Source: Felis catus
Lineage: Eukaryota
DNA length: 64,000 nucleotides
Assembly: GCF_018350175.1 (NCBI RefSeq)
Contig: NC_058368.1
Location: 74,836,001-74,900,000 of the forward strand
Direction of reading: 5' to 3'
In this document: piece after piece, positions 25,888-39,999 of the stretch
Position numbering within the stretch: the stretch's first letter is position 1
How the letters are laid out: each line of letters opens with the position of its first letter
Notes under the pieces: model-generated
Seen by the model: the letters and a program-made list of their open reading frames with translations, nothing else
What the model was told of the DNA's origin: nothing
Databases searched by the model: none
Made by a program: the position numbers and the translations under genes

Positions 25888-26220
25888 GAAATTGGGAGCT
25901 ATGATTTAGTGAAGTAAGTAAGACCTTTGGAACTTACCACAAACGTTTAGTGTCCTTAAAGGGAAAGAGAACATTTGAACTTCGCGGTGAGCTAGAACAC
26001 AGTGGCCAGTGCATTGGGGAAAACCATTCTGGTGACCTTTGGAAGGTGAGTCTGACCCACACGATGACCGCAATAAGGGTACAGAACAAGAATGTCACTG
26101 GGCGGGGATGGGAGCTGGCCTCCAAGTATCCAAAGTGATGAAAACATTTCCTAGAATTATCTCACAAGCATAACCACTTGATAAAGTTTTTATTCTTTAT
26201 CATTAAGCACTGCCTTTAAA

Positions 26221-26428
26221 AGAAATGTTTATTTGCTTTTGAAGGAAAGAGAGAGACAGAGCGTGAGTGGGCGAGGGACAAGGAGGGAGGGAAACACAAA
26301 ATCCAAAATGGCCTCCAGGCTCTGAGCTGTGAGCGCAGAGCCCAACGCAGGGTTCGAACTCACGAACCATGGGCTCATGACCGGAGCTGAAGCGGGATGC
26401 TCACCTGACTGAGCCATCCAGGCGCCCC
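26221..26428 (-). mobile_element. Can-SINE
   Basis: Degenerate TSD taagcactgcctttaaa / taaacattgcctttaaa. Confidence 0.92.
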
Positions 26429-26887
26429 TAAACATTGCCTTTAAAAAATGTTTTTAGGTGATACAAGAAAGAGGATTAAATGCATTTGAATAATTCAGTA
26501 GCCTAGCTAGGGAATCCAAGCACGCGATAAATGAAAAGTGGATATGTGGCCATAATATACACAAAAATTCACAGGACATGGAGTCACATAGATTTATCAG
26601 CAGCTCTATTAATTATTTCTATATGCCATCTTCCTACCTTCTCTGACTCGCTTCTCCAGTCCTCCTGTACAATTTGCTGGAGTTTTACAGCTTTTCCATG
26701 GATTCTAGGGTTTTTTGATCATTTATTCCTTATGACAGAAATCCTGTTAAATGTTAATTGTTATGCTAAGCGTTTGATATAACTAGGAATTCAAGCTGGG
26801 AAACAGGCAACTGTAATAGAGGGTAATAATTGCATCACCAGCTCATACATCTCCCCCTGCAGTTTCTGATTCTTCCCTGACCCTTGA

Positions 26888-29800
26888 TGTTCTGGTTTGG
26901 GTCCCCCCAGCAGCAGGCATTGAGACAAGGACCCAAAAGGTGGTCGTTGGTTTTCGAGGTGATCCCAGGAAACACTAGTAGTTAGGTTGGAAAGTGAGAC
27001 AGGAAAGGAAGCCCCAAGTGGGTTTGTTTTAAACGAACGTTTTACCAGTGCAGGTCACGGGAGCCTTTCATCCTCATAGGGAATTGAGAAATGAGTGTAA
27101 AACCGAGTGACACACGTCCGTACTTTACAGTTCCTCCTCACCCTTCAGCCCCCTGCTTGTTCTACTCCCCACGTGATGTTCCTTCCACCCTGTCCTCTGT
27201 TCCTTCAAGCGTTGGTCCGTCCCATTTAAAAACAAACACAAACTTACGACGCCAAGTTTAGGGACACACGTGGCGATCTCTACTACAGGAGTTGATATTC
27301 ATCACCTGTCTCCTCTACCGTCCACTCTGGAACCCCATCTGCATCCAGCACTTCGACTGGCCTAGGTCCCTTGGAGTTAGTCTGCTGTCACCAGGGGCCA
27401 CACCGGTGAGTTAAACAGGGATGTCATGGGTATCACCCGAGCCCTGTAACTCTTTGAAGGACTCTAAGTCCACTGCATTGAAGATTTGGTGTTGATTCAG
27501 ATTGACTATCTTGGCCAGTGATTGAAGCTTTCATTTCAGGGACTTCTGTTTGGCATTTCCTATCATTACAACTCTCATTTTACGGCCAGAAAACCCAGTC
27601 TGGATGAGGATTTATCCCAGATGCCAATTACGTCCATTTTAACCAGCAGCGAGGGCTCATGACAACATCTCACCTGAAGGGCTCGGGAGACTCTGTGGAC
27701 AAGCTGATAGGAAGGTGGGTACGACTCTGTTATTCCCCGATTCCTTCCATTGCCCTGCTCGAACCAGGGCCGTGATGGAATTGTCAGGGGCACCTCAGAC
27801 CTGTGTCCAACAGTCTAGATAGCTCCCTGTCAACAGCAGCAAAGGCAACGGTGGATCCCCACTGTGCACAGGTGGCTGCCCCCCTCCTTCGGTTGATGGA
27901 CTCTGACTCTGAGAATTATCTCAGGCCCTGGTGGGAGAGTCTGAATTTTGTTTTTTTCCATGGTGGTGAGTGGTATCAGCCTTCAGCCTACCTACGCTTT
28001 ATTATTTTGGGGACCTAGATCAAGTAATATCCTACTTGTCTGTTGTCCTTGCTTCCTCACTTCCCATGATCCGTTAGCCATCACCACAGATCAGGTTGGG
28101 CCAGGGGTCCCCGGTTGCCACTGTGGCGTTGCTGCTCTTTCGATAGTTGCGCCCACCTTGTCTTTGGTGATTGAGTACAGCTCCCCCGGGCCGGCATCAC
28201 GTGCATCCTTGGGGAGGCCAGTTCCCCAGTGACATCCCCTTACCATCTGGCCTGGCCCAGAAGAGAGACACCACTGTGCTTCTGGATGCTGCCAGTGCCT
28301 TCCTCACTACACATTCCTCCCTGCTTTAGTAAAGGAAGTGTGCTAAAGGCACTTCCGGGGAATATGCTCATCTCGCGGTTCCATATCTTCCCTCATGACT
28401 ATTCTAGAATGCCTCCCTGCTAGAGCCTGGGTGTCTGTGTTGCCTGCAAATTCATAGGCAGAAACTCTCACTGGCAATGTGATGGTCTTAGGAGGAAGGG
28501 CATTTGGGAGTGGTTGAGGTTTCCATGAGATCATGAGGGTGGGAGTCCTCCTGGAGGGGGTTCATGATTTTCCAAGTGTAGAGGGCTCTGGCTTCCTCTC
28601 TCTGCCCTCAGCGGGCACGGATGTAGTGAGTCGGCCATCTGTAGCCTGGAAGAGAGCTCTCAGCAGAATTTGATCTTGCTAGCACCCTGATCTCAGACTG
28701 TCCACCTTCGGAACTGTGCGAAAGAACTTTTCTGTTTATGAAATGCCCAGTCCGTGGTATTTCTGTCACAGCAGCCCCAGAAGACCGAGACGCCACATCT
28801 GAGACCCATCAAATCCCTCCTGCGATCCTCGTCCCGGATGGTTCGATCACCTTCCCTTTCTCAAGCTGCAAGGAGTAGTCCCTGCAGTATATTACCGTCA
28901 GCATGTTAAAGATAAGGTGTGAGAGGGAGCCCGCACCCAGATGCGCTTTCTCTCCTCAGCTTCACCTTGGCTCTTTGGCCATCCTGGCCCCTCAAAATCC
29001 ATCCCAGGCAGGTGTTCCCACTCCAGGTGTTAAACAACCCCTTTCCCCCTGAAGCTGTGATAACGTTTCCCTCTTGGGCCGACTGAGCGCTCCCCCTAGT
29101 TACTGGTCTAGAGGCAATGAGGGAAGGTGAGGCAAGTGCCGGGTGGGGGGGGGGACCACTATCTCCTGGCGCAGCTTCTCACACCAGAACTTTAACAAGA
29201 TCTCTTTACAAGGGAAGTGGCTCTAACCCCATGAGGAGCAGTGGGCCGCCTCTCCATCAGGGGCCATGGGAATCTGGGGGCTCGAGGGTTTCCAGCACAT
29301 GCGCCCAGATACCTGCGCTCAGCATCCGGGTTTTATTCCCTCCCTCCCAAGGTGGGAGGCTCACCCCGGGGAATTCAACCTCCTCGGCTGTCACTTTACT
29401 TTCACATTCAAGCCTGGAGCTGTTTCTTCAGCGTGACCTCCCCTCTGGCTACAGGGCGTGGGAAGGTCACTTTCGATATTGCCAGGGAACCTTCGGGCTT
29501 TCACCTTGTGCTCCGAGGTGCCAGCTCAGTAGATGGAGCCTGTAATCGAATTCCTTCCGCGATTGCGCTTAACCGCGGCCAAAGGACCCCACAGCCCTTG
29601 GAAATGGGATTGCCTCCACAGTCTTCCACGCCAGACCTACCACACGGCCCGGTCGACCCCCCCCTCCCCCCCCAACCCCGATTGACCACCGCTGACTTTT
29701 TAGTGGCTGCCCTTGTTCAGCAGACTGGTGAGATCACACCCTCCTCTCCACACTTGGAGAGGGGGCCTCGTTGGCCATCGCCGGTCAGTGGGTGTTCAAA

Positions 29801-30278
29801 CCCTTAAATCTCACTCTGAGGCTCCCACTTCCCGGGGCTGTTTCTGGCACTGACTTTCCTAGATTGATCACCCCTACAGCACAACCTGAGACAGAGATTT
29901 CAGCGCAAGGAATTTATTTTGAAGGTAATTCCAAGACACAAACAGGAGTGGGGGTGGAGGGTGAGGCAGTGGTGGGGGTGGGGTGAGCAGTTATTGTATT
30001 TATTTATTTTTATTCAAGCCCTTTGCGATCGAGGGTAGCAGGAGCTTTATCCCACTGGGGAACTCGTGGCTGATGGAGCACACCTGCATCCCAGAAGGAT
30101 CCCACTGGAAGGGAAGAGGGGTGAAGAACACACATGTCCTTTCCTACTGGTCTTTTGTTAAAGGCATCACAAAGCTCTCCAGCAAAAATAAGGAGGTGCT
30201 GCGATCTGGAAGCCCGGCCAAGGTGCCCAGAACGGTATGGACAAAGGATCTGGGTGGACACTGACCGTGTTGCCTACC
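26888..30278 (-). mobile_element. Old ERVL-class provirus (LTR33/LTR16-like LTRs, ERV3-16A3/ERVL-like internal region), pol mostly deleted
   Basis: Two related LTRs (26888-27129 and ~29857-30278); polypurine tract 27131-27146; minus-strand RT start VIPMTSLFNSPVWPLV (27389-27436); protease LLDTG (27799-27813); gag-like WILR (28990-29001). Confidence 0.8.
28418..28792 (+). mobile_element. MaLR solo LTR (MLT1A-like) nested in the ERVL
   Basis: caaattcatagg...aatgtgatggtcttagga...gcaccctgatctcagact...gtggtatttctgtcacagcagcc. Confidence 0.85.
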
Positions 30279-30663
30279 TTTGGGTCAAGGACGACGTAAC
30301 AAGGAAAAGTGGCATCTTCTGAAAGGGTCACCTCCTAGTCTTTGTGTTCCAGCACATTATCCTCACACACGCGCCCACCCTTTTCTTGTTGCTCTTAGAG
30401 TTTCCTTTCAGATAGACTTTCACCATAAATAGTTACAAAGGAGGTTCATGCACTCTGTTTTCATTTCCCTTGTACCTGTTATGAAAAGAGCTTTTAGAAA
30501 ATTCCCGCAATTTGTCGGAGGGCTAAAATGAGGCATAAATTTAACTTCAGAAACAATAAAATGGCTTAGTGGTCGACAGGAAGATGGAACCCGTTTGAAA
30601 AGGTTTAGGAAGCCACACGGAAGGGAAAGTGAAAACTAGAGAAGAAAGACCAGTGATTTAGAA

Positions 30664-30780
30664 CATACACACACATGCACACACACACACCCTCACACAC
30701 AACACACCCTCTCACATATATACACATGCATCCTCACGCATCCTAATGTGTGTGTGCATGCGTGCACGCACACACACACA
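30664..30780. repeat. Degenerate (CA)n/(TG)n low-complexity tract
   Basis: Seen directly in sequence. Confidence 0.8.
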
Positions 30781-31429
30781 GGTGGAAAGGTGCTTACATA
30801 CATATGAATGTATATATAATATTTTGTGGCAAGATTACAATTTATCATTGTTGGAAAAGAGAGTTACTTTAATTTGGTTGCAGTGGTGGAGGAAATTGAT
30901 ATTATGTAATGATACACACATATACACACACACAATTTTCTCAAAATAAAAAGTTAAATATTTAGTCCCAAACGAAAAGTAACTCTGTTAAACTATATTC
31001 CTGAAAATTGATTTGTATATCTGTATATATAATTAGATAGTTTATGTGGGGGAAATTGCAAGTGTATGTGTTTCTGAAATTTGTATCTGTCTACTCCCCT
31101 TACCTATTCCCTTCTGCAAATCAAAGATAAATATATATAATAATTATAAAGTTTCCTTCAGGTATGACCTTGCACCCTTGGAATGTATTGGGATAAGTAA
31201 GATCCCGGAATTACTTCTTAGGACTTAGAGACACTGGAATTAGGGAACTTGTTGTCCCAAAGACTTACATGTTCACATCAGGTGCCCCCGTCCCTTCTCC
31301 AAAACAGTCCCCCTAGGTACCTCTAAACTACACTGGGGTGACTCTTTGCCCAACTAGGATGACTAATAATGTCAATATCCCCTTGTAATAGCTTGAAGTC
31401 ATCGGTCACGGGTTTACATTTTAAAAGGC

Positions 31430-32518
31430 TGAATCAGATAGGAAAAGCCATTAAAGGTAATCAACATATAATACATGCACATTTGAACAGATACAGAGAA
31501 AGTATTGAGAAATTCAATATCTGTTTATGGTAAAAATTCTCGGAAAAGTAAGAATAGCAGAAGTGGTGGGAAACATCCTCAAAACTGTTAAAAGACATGA
31601 AAAAAAAAAATAAAAAAAACTAGAGTTAGTATCATCGAACATAGTGAAGCATTGGACAATTGTCCCTATGATGGTGACATGGCCAGGACATCGTCTCCTG
31701 CCCCTTTTATTAAACATTGTACTGCTGTTTATATTCATTATAATAAGGTACTAAAAAGGAAAAATAAAGACAATGATTTGAAAGCAAGAAGTACAGTTTT
31801 CCTAATTAACATGTGACATAAATGTGTACATAGAAAAATCTCAAGAAATCTACGGGACAGAAAAATACCTACTAGAACTAAAAAGCTACTTCAGCATTAT
31901 AACAGGATACAAATTCCACATACGAAATGTGATGGTATTATTATTATGCTGATAATGAACTACACTGAAATTAAACCACTAAACACTGTGGGATAAATTT
32001 AACAAATGATTTGTACGATCTGTAGTCTAAAAAGTAGAAAATATTCCTGAGAGAAAATCAGGAAAACCTAATTTAACGGGTAGGCGTAACATACTCATGG
32101 ATGGAAACACTTAACGTGTCAAGATGTAAATTCTCCCTAAACTGATCTATATGTTCAACACAGATGAAATGGAAGCCTAAATTTGTACTCAAAAATTATA
32201 GGCAGTTTTGCTAGAGTCAGACAAATCAATGGGCCAGAATGGAGAGTTAAGAAATATACCCGTACAACTGTGGTCAAAGTTGTTTGGCATTTGTTTGTTT
32301 TCCCAGCTTTATTGACATATAATGGAAAAAGGAAATTGTATGGTATAGATATTTAAAGTGTGCAATAATATTTGATACATGTTTATATCGTGAAATAATT
32401 CCTCCAACAAGTTTAAATTAACACATTTTTTACCTTATTTACTTCACATTATTTACTTATTATTATTATTTTGGTGCTGGTCAAATGATTTTTGACAAGT
32501 ATAAAAATGAAGTGCAAT
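31430..32518 (+). mobile_element. Old L1 ORF2 (RT region) fragment with an inverted L1 3' end inserted at ~32280-32477
   Basis: A-rich L1 ORF2 text (ctactagaactaaaaagctacttcagca...ggatacaaa); insert flanked by tggtcaaa at 32271 and 32478. Confidence 0.75.
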
Positions 32519-32739
32519 GGGGCGCCTGGGTGGCTCAGTCGGTTAAGTGTCTGACTTCGGCTCAGGTCATGATCTCACAGTTCATGAGTTTGAGCCCCGC
32601 ATTGGGCTCTGTGCTGACAGCTCAGACCCTGGAGCCTCCTTCGGATTCTGTGTCTCCCTCTCTCTCTGCCCCTCCCCAGCTCACGCTCTGTCTCTCCCTC
32701 TCTCTCAAAAATAAATAAACATTAAAAAATTAAAAAAAA
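32519..32739 (+). mobile_element. Can-SINE, no clear TSD
   Basis: Full-length Can-SINE. Confidence 0.95.
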
Positions 32740-32779
32740 CCCAATGCTTGACATAAAGTAAGTGCTTCACAAATACTTG

Positions 32780-33640
32780 TTGATTATATTGAAGATAATG
32801 ATTAAATGTATTACTCCTTCATGATAATCCTCTGAGCAGTGGAATAAAACAGATATAATTACATAATATTACTACCAGAAGCAAACAGTAAATAGTTTTA
32901 GATGGTATTCCAATTAAATTTTGATATATAAAAAACAAAACCATTCACTACTGCCACTGCTAGTCTTTATTTTACCGGAACTATTTTAATGTATAAAATA
33001 AGAGAAAAGAAGAAAATATATGTGTTGTATAGTGTCATAAGAATTATAAGGTATAGACACTAATTTTAAATTTCCCATATCCAGTATTATTATCAAATTC
33101 TTAGAACAAAAAGGGAAATAAAGATATTTTTGTTTAAGAGTATCATATACACCACCTGTTCTGTCCAACTATAACCAAATGGGAAATGAAAGGAACAACG
33201 CACTGATTTGCAACAACAAGAAAAATATAAAGAAATGGGAAATAATCCTAATAAGAAAGGTTCAAGGACAATATAGTAAAAACCAATAAAACTTCAGCAG
33301 AGGAATTTAGAGAAGGTCCTATAGCATCAGGAGCTATATTATATTAATGATGGTAAGACAAAATATCGTAGAGGTGAAAATTCTCGTTAAGTCAAACTAC
33401 AAATTCAATTTGAAACAAACCGAAAACTTTATCATTTCACTATGAAATGAATCACTAACTAATTATTATTTTGTGTACAAATAGGTTAATGGAAAATAAT
33501 ACACAGCCTATGGAAGACCCACAAAAATACTGGGATCTTTTTTTTTTTATGTAATACGGTTTCATTTTCAAATCATGGTAAAAGAATAAATTAGTCAATA
33601 GTTGCTAAAGCTGTCAACCATCCATCTACATGGGGTTTAC
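32780..33640 (+). mobile_element. Highly degenerate L1 ORF2 fragment
   Basis: A-rich text with remnants such as gggaaataatcctaataagaaaggttcaaggac. Confidence 0.45.
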
Positions 33641-34872
33641 TAAAAAATATATAATTGGCTTTCTGAGGACATTTATATTTTGCATATTCCTCATATTATA
33701 AAAATATTTAAGTTTGATAGTGATTTTTCTTTAACTTTATTTAGCTAACATTCTCACTTTTGCTTTCGCTTTGTGCACAGATTCCTTTCTCACACTGAAT
33801 TTTCCTCAATTCTCTACTTACTTCAGGATCTTTAAATTAAATAATTGTTAAATGGTTCTCCCTGTATAGGGCTACAATACAGGCACCCACCTATTTGCCA
33901 CAAATAGGGAGTTTGGTTTCTTTTTTTTTTCTTTTTAATTCTATTCTTTGTAGATTTCTTAATTACTTAGAAAGTGTCTATCCTTGTTGGATGCAATATT
34001 GTCTGTAGTTTGCCCTATGAATTTTAATATAACTTTTTTCTTAGTATTGCCAAGGTTAATGATGTGTGGTTTTGTCCCATTTGGCTTTCCATTTGAAGCT
34101 TTAGTTTATCTTTTGTGAAATTCATAAGGCCTTTATTTAGTTTGATCTCTGTGACATTAAAAAAAAATTAAAAAGCTTTCTCTTATTTGAAACAATGACA
34201 TTTTTATTTAGAATGGAAGCTGAGTATAGGATAAAAGCATGCCTTTCTCGCCTCCTTACTCTCCATTTATTCTATCTCATGGTCAAATAAGACTGTAATT
34301 GTTACCTTCTAAGAAAGTTTTGCTGTTGTTTTGCTTTTTAAATGTCATTTTCTCCTACAATTTATAAGGTTATTTCATTTTGGAAATAAGGGACATGGTC
34401 AACATAAGATTTGCACGTACCTATGAGACTAAACAAGACCAATCTTGTAAAAGGGCGATGACATTCATTAACTTGTTGAAAATACCTTAATGTTGTTTAA
34501 TATACGATGGCGAATTTGAAATTCAAAGACACAATGTATTAATGTGATCAAACGCACATCGATCTCAAGATATGTGTTTTCAAATAGGAAGGACCAAGAT
34601 CTAGGTTTGTAGCATGAGAAAAACTTGTTATTTCTTCCTATGTGTCTTTTTCTATTTCTACCTACGGCTTAAACCCTCCCCTGTGCCCCCCTGGATTAAA
34701 ATATTATCCAGACAGATTCTACAGGAATGACATGTTGTTAATGTTAAGTCCCCCAAAGGACAATAAAAAATCCATTTATTATTATTATTATTAAGACTTC
34801 ATCTGACATACTACCACCATAATGAGAATAATTTGAGTGTGTATGTGTATATGTAGGTGGTGATTGACTTTA

Positions 34873-35082
34873 TTTATTTATTTTTTCAACGTTTATTTAT
34901 TTTTGGGACAGAGAGAGACAGAGCATGAACAGGGGAGGGGCAGAGAGAGAGGGAGACACAGAATCGGAAACAGGCTCCAGGCTATCAGCCCAGAGCCTGA
35001 TGCGGGGCTAGAACTCACGGACCGCGAGATCGTGACCTGGCTGAAGTCGGACGCTTAACCGACTGCGCCACCCAGGCACCCC
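34873..35082 (-). mobile_element. Can-SINE, young, with small internal deletion
   Basis: TSD ggtggtgattgacttta 34856-34872 / 35083-35099. Confidence 0.97.
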
Positions 35083-37457
35083 GGTGGTGATTGACTTTAA
35101 GAGAATTTGAAGAGATACAAAGAATGTTCAGCATCAAGAAGTTTAGTTACTGGAATACGTTCAGAGCATTCCAAGATGAAGACGTTTAGCCTAGTAATTC
35201 ATAGTAGAAAGAACACAAACTTTTAGTGACTTATTTGCATGGAATCTAATTCCTATTGCACAGCACATCTGTTGTCTGACTTGAGACATACAACAAAATC
35301 CCTTCATTCCTCCGATGCCACATTTATACAATGTGGAAAGTACCCAGTATGGCGTGATACATGGCATAGCAAAGAAGGTGCTTGGTAAATGTTACATCAT
35401 TTCCCCATTTATTTCCCAACCTTCCCCCTTCCCAGAGTAGGCAAGTTAATTGGTTGAGCATCTTGGTTTCCCTCATTCTTTTCACTTTCCAGAACTACTC
35501 AGATCCTCCCTGGTACCTAAATTAGTCCGGGAAGAAAAATAAAGTGTCATTAAACCTTCATTATTTTTTTTAGCTCCCCTAAGCATACAAACACTACAGT
35601 TAGAATCTTGTTTACAAAGACATTCATATATGTCTGTTGTACATCAAGCTTGTAATGTGTCAATTCCAACTGTACAATATGAGGATAATGGAAGGCAATA
35701 TGAGCTCTCTTCTTACATTGAGAGGGAAAGTTCATTTGGTTTGCTTGAGAGCATAGATGATATTGATGGATGTTGGGGTAGAAGCCAGCTACCTTACAGT
35801 TTAGTCCAAACGTGTGCCTGATACAAGAGCTTCTAGGACTTCTTGTCCATCTCCTCTGATTTGAGGCCACCATAGCTGTGGTGTGAGCTCCTCAATGCTT
35901 CCTCAATGAATATTAGAATCTTAGCATCAGAGAGGTGAGAGAAAACTTGGAGAAAAATACATCTCTGAATTTATACACAAAGGTCTGCAGTGGTTGATAA
36001 GTTAAATGATTGGCCAATGACCACACAGCAGAAAAGGTAGAAAACTCTGACACTTGAATTACTATTTTTATTTATTATTATTACTGTTATTTATTTTTGC
36101 TGTGTCACATCAAGTAGGTTTCCTCATTTTTTTTATATTTTCATGCTGTGTGCACTGGGACATATACCAGCACTAATGAACCTTCTCAGTATATGGACAA
36201 GTTGAACTGTCTTAACTTGGATCTATGGCTTAGCTATACCAGTTGAAATAATCATGGGCACTAGAATTCTCTCCTGCCCCATAGGCTACATTTTACGTGA
36301 TGTACATTTTACACCAAAACACAAAGTAAATGCTCAGGAAAAAATGGATGGTTGCTCAATTTTGAAAAGACTTGTAAGTCATATTCTTATGTAATGACCA
36401 AATACTTCCCAAAATTCCCCCAAGTATTCCATGTACTGGAAGTTAGTTGTATTGACTCCAGCTCGGACGGAAAGTGCCATTGGCAAGAATTTGGAAATCT
36501 TTGTTATATAGGGAGTGTTTTAATATTTGTTGTAATGGTATTTACACACGGCAGTGCACTTGTAGAATATTACTAGCTTTAGGCTTTCTCTAAGACTGAA
36601 CAAACTCAATTCCCAAACTCCCAAAGCAATTTTTAAGCAGAAAAGGAGAAGGTAGATCTGAAGCCAAATGTAGTAGTGATCCTATACTAGGAGGAAATCA
36701 GAATTGAATATGGTAGGGGTCAAAAACAATTTAATAGTTGTGGCACAATATGCTGACCGCTATTGCTTTGACATGCTGGGGTGGAGGGCAATCCGGAGCA
36801 CGGTAGTGGAAAAAAGTATTGTCATGATGTCCTCCAGACTCAGAGAAAGTAGATTGCATCATAGCAATCCCCGTGATAAGAATATACAATATTTATTAAT
36901 CACGTACTACATGTCTGTTATTGAGATAAATGTTTTACACTTACATTTTATTAAATCTTCAGAAGAGGACTGTTGGTTAAGAGTCAACACTACTAATCGC
37001 TCTATTTTTGCCCAATAAAATAACTAATGAGCAGATCTGGGACTAAAATACAATTATTTATAACGTCACAGTCATTAACTAATATGATATGGTGTCTTTT
37101 ACATAAAATCCTAGTAATTAGTTGTTGATGACTTAAATACAAGAGAAATAATTAAAAATATAAACAATAAAATTCATAAAAAACCTGTTATTAGCAACTG
37201 GGACTTGTCTATGTTTGTAGACTCAGAAGTTACACAATCTGTCATAACCGAACTGGTTTTCTTTCACCTCGGAGTGGCTCTTAGGAAATTCATTAACACG
37301 TTTGTTTTATGGAAATATTCTGAGTATAAGGAAAATGTTTAGCTTATTATTGAATATTTATATGACCTAGCAAGAGTGTTTAAAATAGTTCTATCTAAAA
37401 TTTTCTGATTTGTAGTATGGTTTTATTTCATTTTTAAAAGCTTATCAATGGTCAATT

Positions 37458-37650
37458 TAATATTTTTTATTGTTTATTTATTTTTGAGAGAGAGAGGCAG
37501 AGCAAGAGGGGGGGAAGGTCAGAGAGCGCGAGGGAAACACAGAATCTGAGCTGTCAGCACAGAGCCTGACGTAGGACTGGAACTCACCCACCGCGAGATC
37601 ATGGCCTGAGCCAAAGTCGGACCTTTAACTGACTGAGCCTCCCGGGGGCC
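37458..37650 (-). mobile_element. Can-SINE with internal deletion
   Basis: TSD tcaatggtcaatt 37445-37457 / 37653-37665. Confidence 0.92.
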
Positions 37651-39048
37651 TGTCAATGGTCAATTGAAAGCACTAGAAATTAAGTGGAATATATAACTTC
37701 TAGAAATATATAATTTATTAGGACAAGAGATACTGGTTCTGCTGAGGTTCTAGAGGTCTTTGTGGGACCTCTCAGTCCTTTTAGATATACATTTAAGAGT
37801 TTTGATGGATTTGGCAAATTAATACAATCGGTTTCCCTCTAAATCCTGTCACTTCCACTGTTTATTTTGGGGTGCAGCACACAATTTTTTCACATAGAGG
37901 GCACCTTTATCCCTCGGATTGTAGATTCTCTGCCCCCAGTACAGCCTTTCCCCAGACAGTCAAAACTGAGTGCCGTCCAAAACATTATAATAACATTTGT
38001 CTCCGATGTTGATGAGGGCCAACACATATTAATTTGTCATTTGCTGCATATTTATCAACCAGATTGCAGATTATTTCCAGACCGAGGCAGTTAAAAGCCT
38101 TTATTAAAAATGATGCTTTTGAAATCTAATTTATTTCGGCATGCATATATTTTTATTTAATATTTTGTTTATGTCTTGCAAACTAACAATGTCTCAAAAG
38201 TGTCAGATGGGAATGCGAGGCTTTACAAATCTATTATTTTTTTATTAATTTGGGCACAATGTTCTTTTATATCCTTATTTTGCTGTTTTTTAAAGGAATC
38301 TACCAGGGGTACTGTTGCAAGGCTGCTGGTTGTTACCATGACAATCATAATTTGAGGAATTAAGCCTCAGACCTTTTTGGGGGATATCATCAGGCAAATA
38401 GGATGCACGAATGAATCAAGGTAAGCAGTCAAATAAATATTTGAACAGAGCTTTCTGTGACTGCACAAAGAAGCGAAAGGTTAAGTGTAAAGTTTGTTTA
38501 CATATGTGGCTAGGCTCATACCTAGAATAATGTGATTTCTTAGGCTAATCACATATCAAAAAAATTCAAAGAGATGTCTGCTTGACATTTTTCAACCAAC
38601 TAAATTAAAGCATCTTTATAGGTAGCCAATCCCTGTTACCCAAGTACTTTTACTGTGACATGAAGAAATTTTAACACTGGCTTTTGATTCCCTCAGTGTA
38701 AGTTTTTAACCTCTGTATTTTCAGAAGAATGTTTACTGACCCTTCTTGACTTTAAGGCACTGCTCCAGACTCTTTATAAGGAGAATAAAGACTTGATATA
38801 GTCTTTCCCTACTATGAGCTTAAGATGTAGTGAAGAAATAAGACAAAAATAAATCGCTATTGTGACATAAACATTCCAGATTGATGGCACAAAAATAAAC
38901 ATCACAGGAATTCAGATGAGTTTATCAAGCTAGAATCTCCTAGGTAAATGTTGGGAACAATAGAAACGGTCTACATGGTCATCTCAAAAACTGTCTTTGG
39001 CCCTAGATTCTGCTACATGTTACTATTTTCTCATTTGCAAAGGCTTTG

Positions 39049-39052
<4 letters not shown>

Positions 39053-39090
<38 letters not shown>
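39053..39090. repeat. (CT)n microsatellite
   Basis: Seen directly in sequence. Confidence 0.95.
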
Positions 39091-39094
<4 letters not shown>

Positions 39095-39134
39095 CTTTTT
39101 CATGAGACTTCTTTCCTTGTATGGGAGATGCGAT

Positions 39135-39340
39135 TGGCTCCTCCCTGTGCCTTTATATGGTCTTTCCTTCGTGTGTGTCTATGTCCATATCCCTCTTCTT
39201 GGAAGGACATCAGTCATATTGGATTAAAGCCCTCCCTAATGGCCTTGTTTTAACTGAATTACCTCTCTAAAGAGCTTATGCAGTCACAATCTGATGTATT
39301 GATGTATACAACTTTGGGGGACACAATTCCACCTATGACA
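39135..39340 (-). mobile_element. MaLR LTR fragment (MLT1B/C-like)
   Basis: aaggacatcagtcatattggatta...tttgggggacacaattc. Confidence 0.75.
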
Positions 39341-39999
39341 GACACTAAAATGTTCATGTCATTTGACTATTATGATATTAAATGATGGTATTGTCTGTGA
39401 AAGTACGTTGTAAACTGAAAATGATTAGCACAGGTCACATGATGTGTTAGGCAGGGTCTATAACACCAACTGCTATACCAAATAAGGCTGAGGGGCTTAA
39501 GACAATAAACATACTACCAACTCATGGGAAACCTAGTAGGGATCTATGTCGTCAGGACATGACGAATCGAGGACACAGGCTAGTTCCATCATTTTCTAGG
39601 GTGTTGGTGCCCTTCATTGGAATCTGTGCTTCCAGCCAGGAAACGAAGAAGACAGCGGGAAAGGCCTAGCAAGCGAATTTCTGGGATCATGTGCATTAGC
39701 CACTCCCACCATCTCTAACTACTTTCCGTTGGTGAGGACTGAGCACAAGGTGAACTGAGGAAGGGAGAACATAAATATTCTCCGTGATGGTGAAAAATTA
39801 GTAAAACGGTTTTCATAGACTGGTAAAAACGTAGCCAGTCTCTGCCACAGCAGTTATCAGTATATTTACTTTAGTTGGGCTTTGAAACATAAAGAATAAT
39901 TCAATAGATAAAAATGGGGGGGGGAATAGCATTTCAGCTAAAGAGGCTGGTGTGACCAACGAATCGAAAATATGACACTTGAAATGGCGGAAATCCAAT

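Noticed and set aside
29117..29807. 142-aa and 188-aa plus-strand ORFs
   Set aside because: Antisense to the GC-rich decayed ERVL gag region, where stop codons are scarce.
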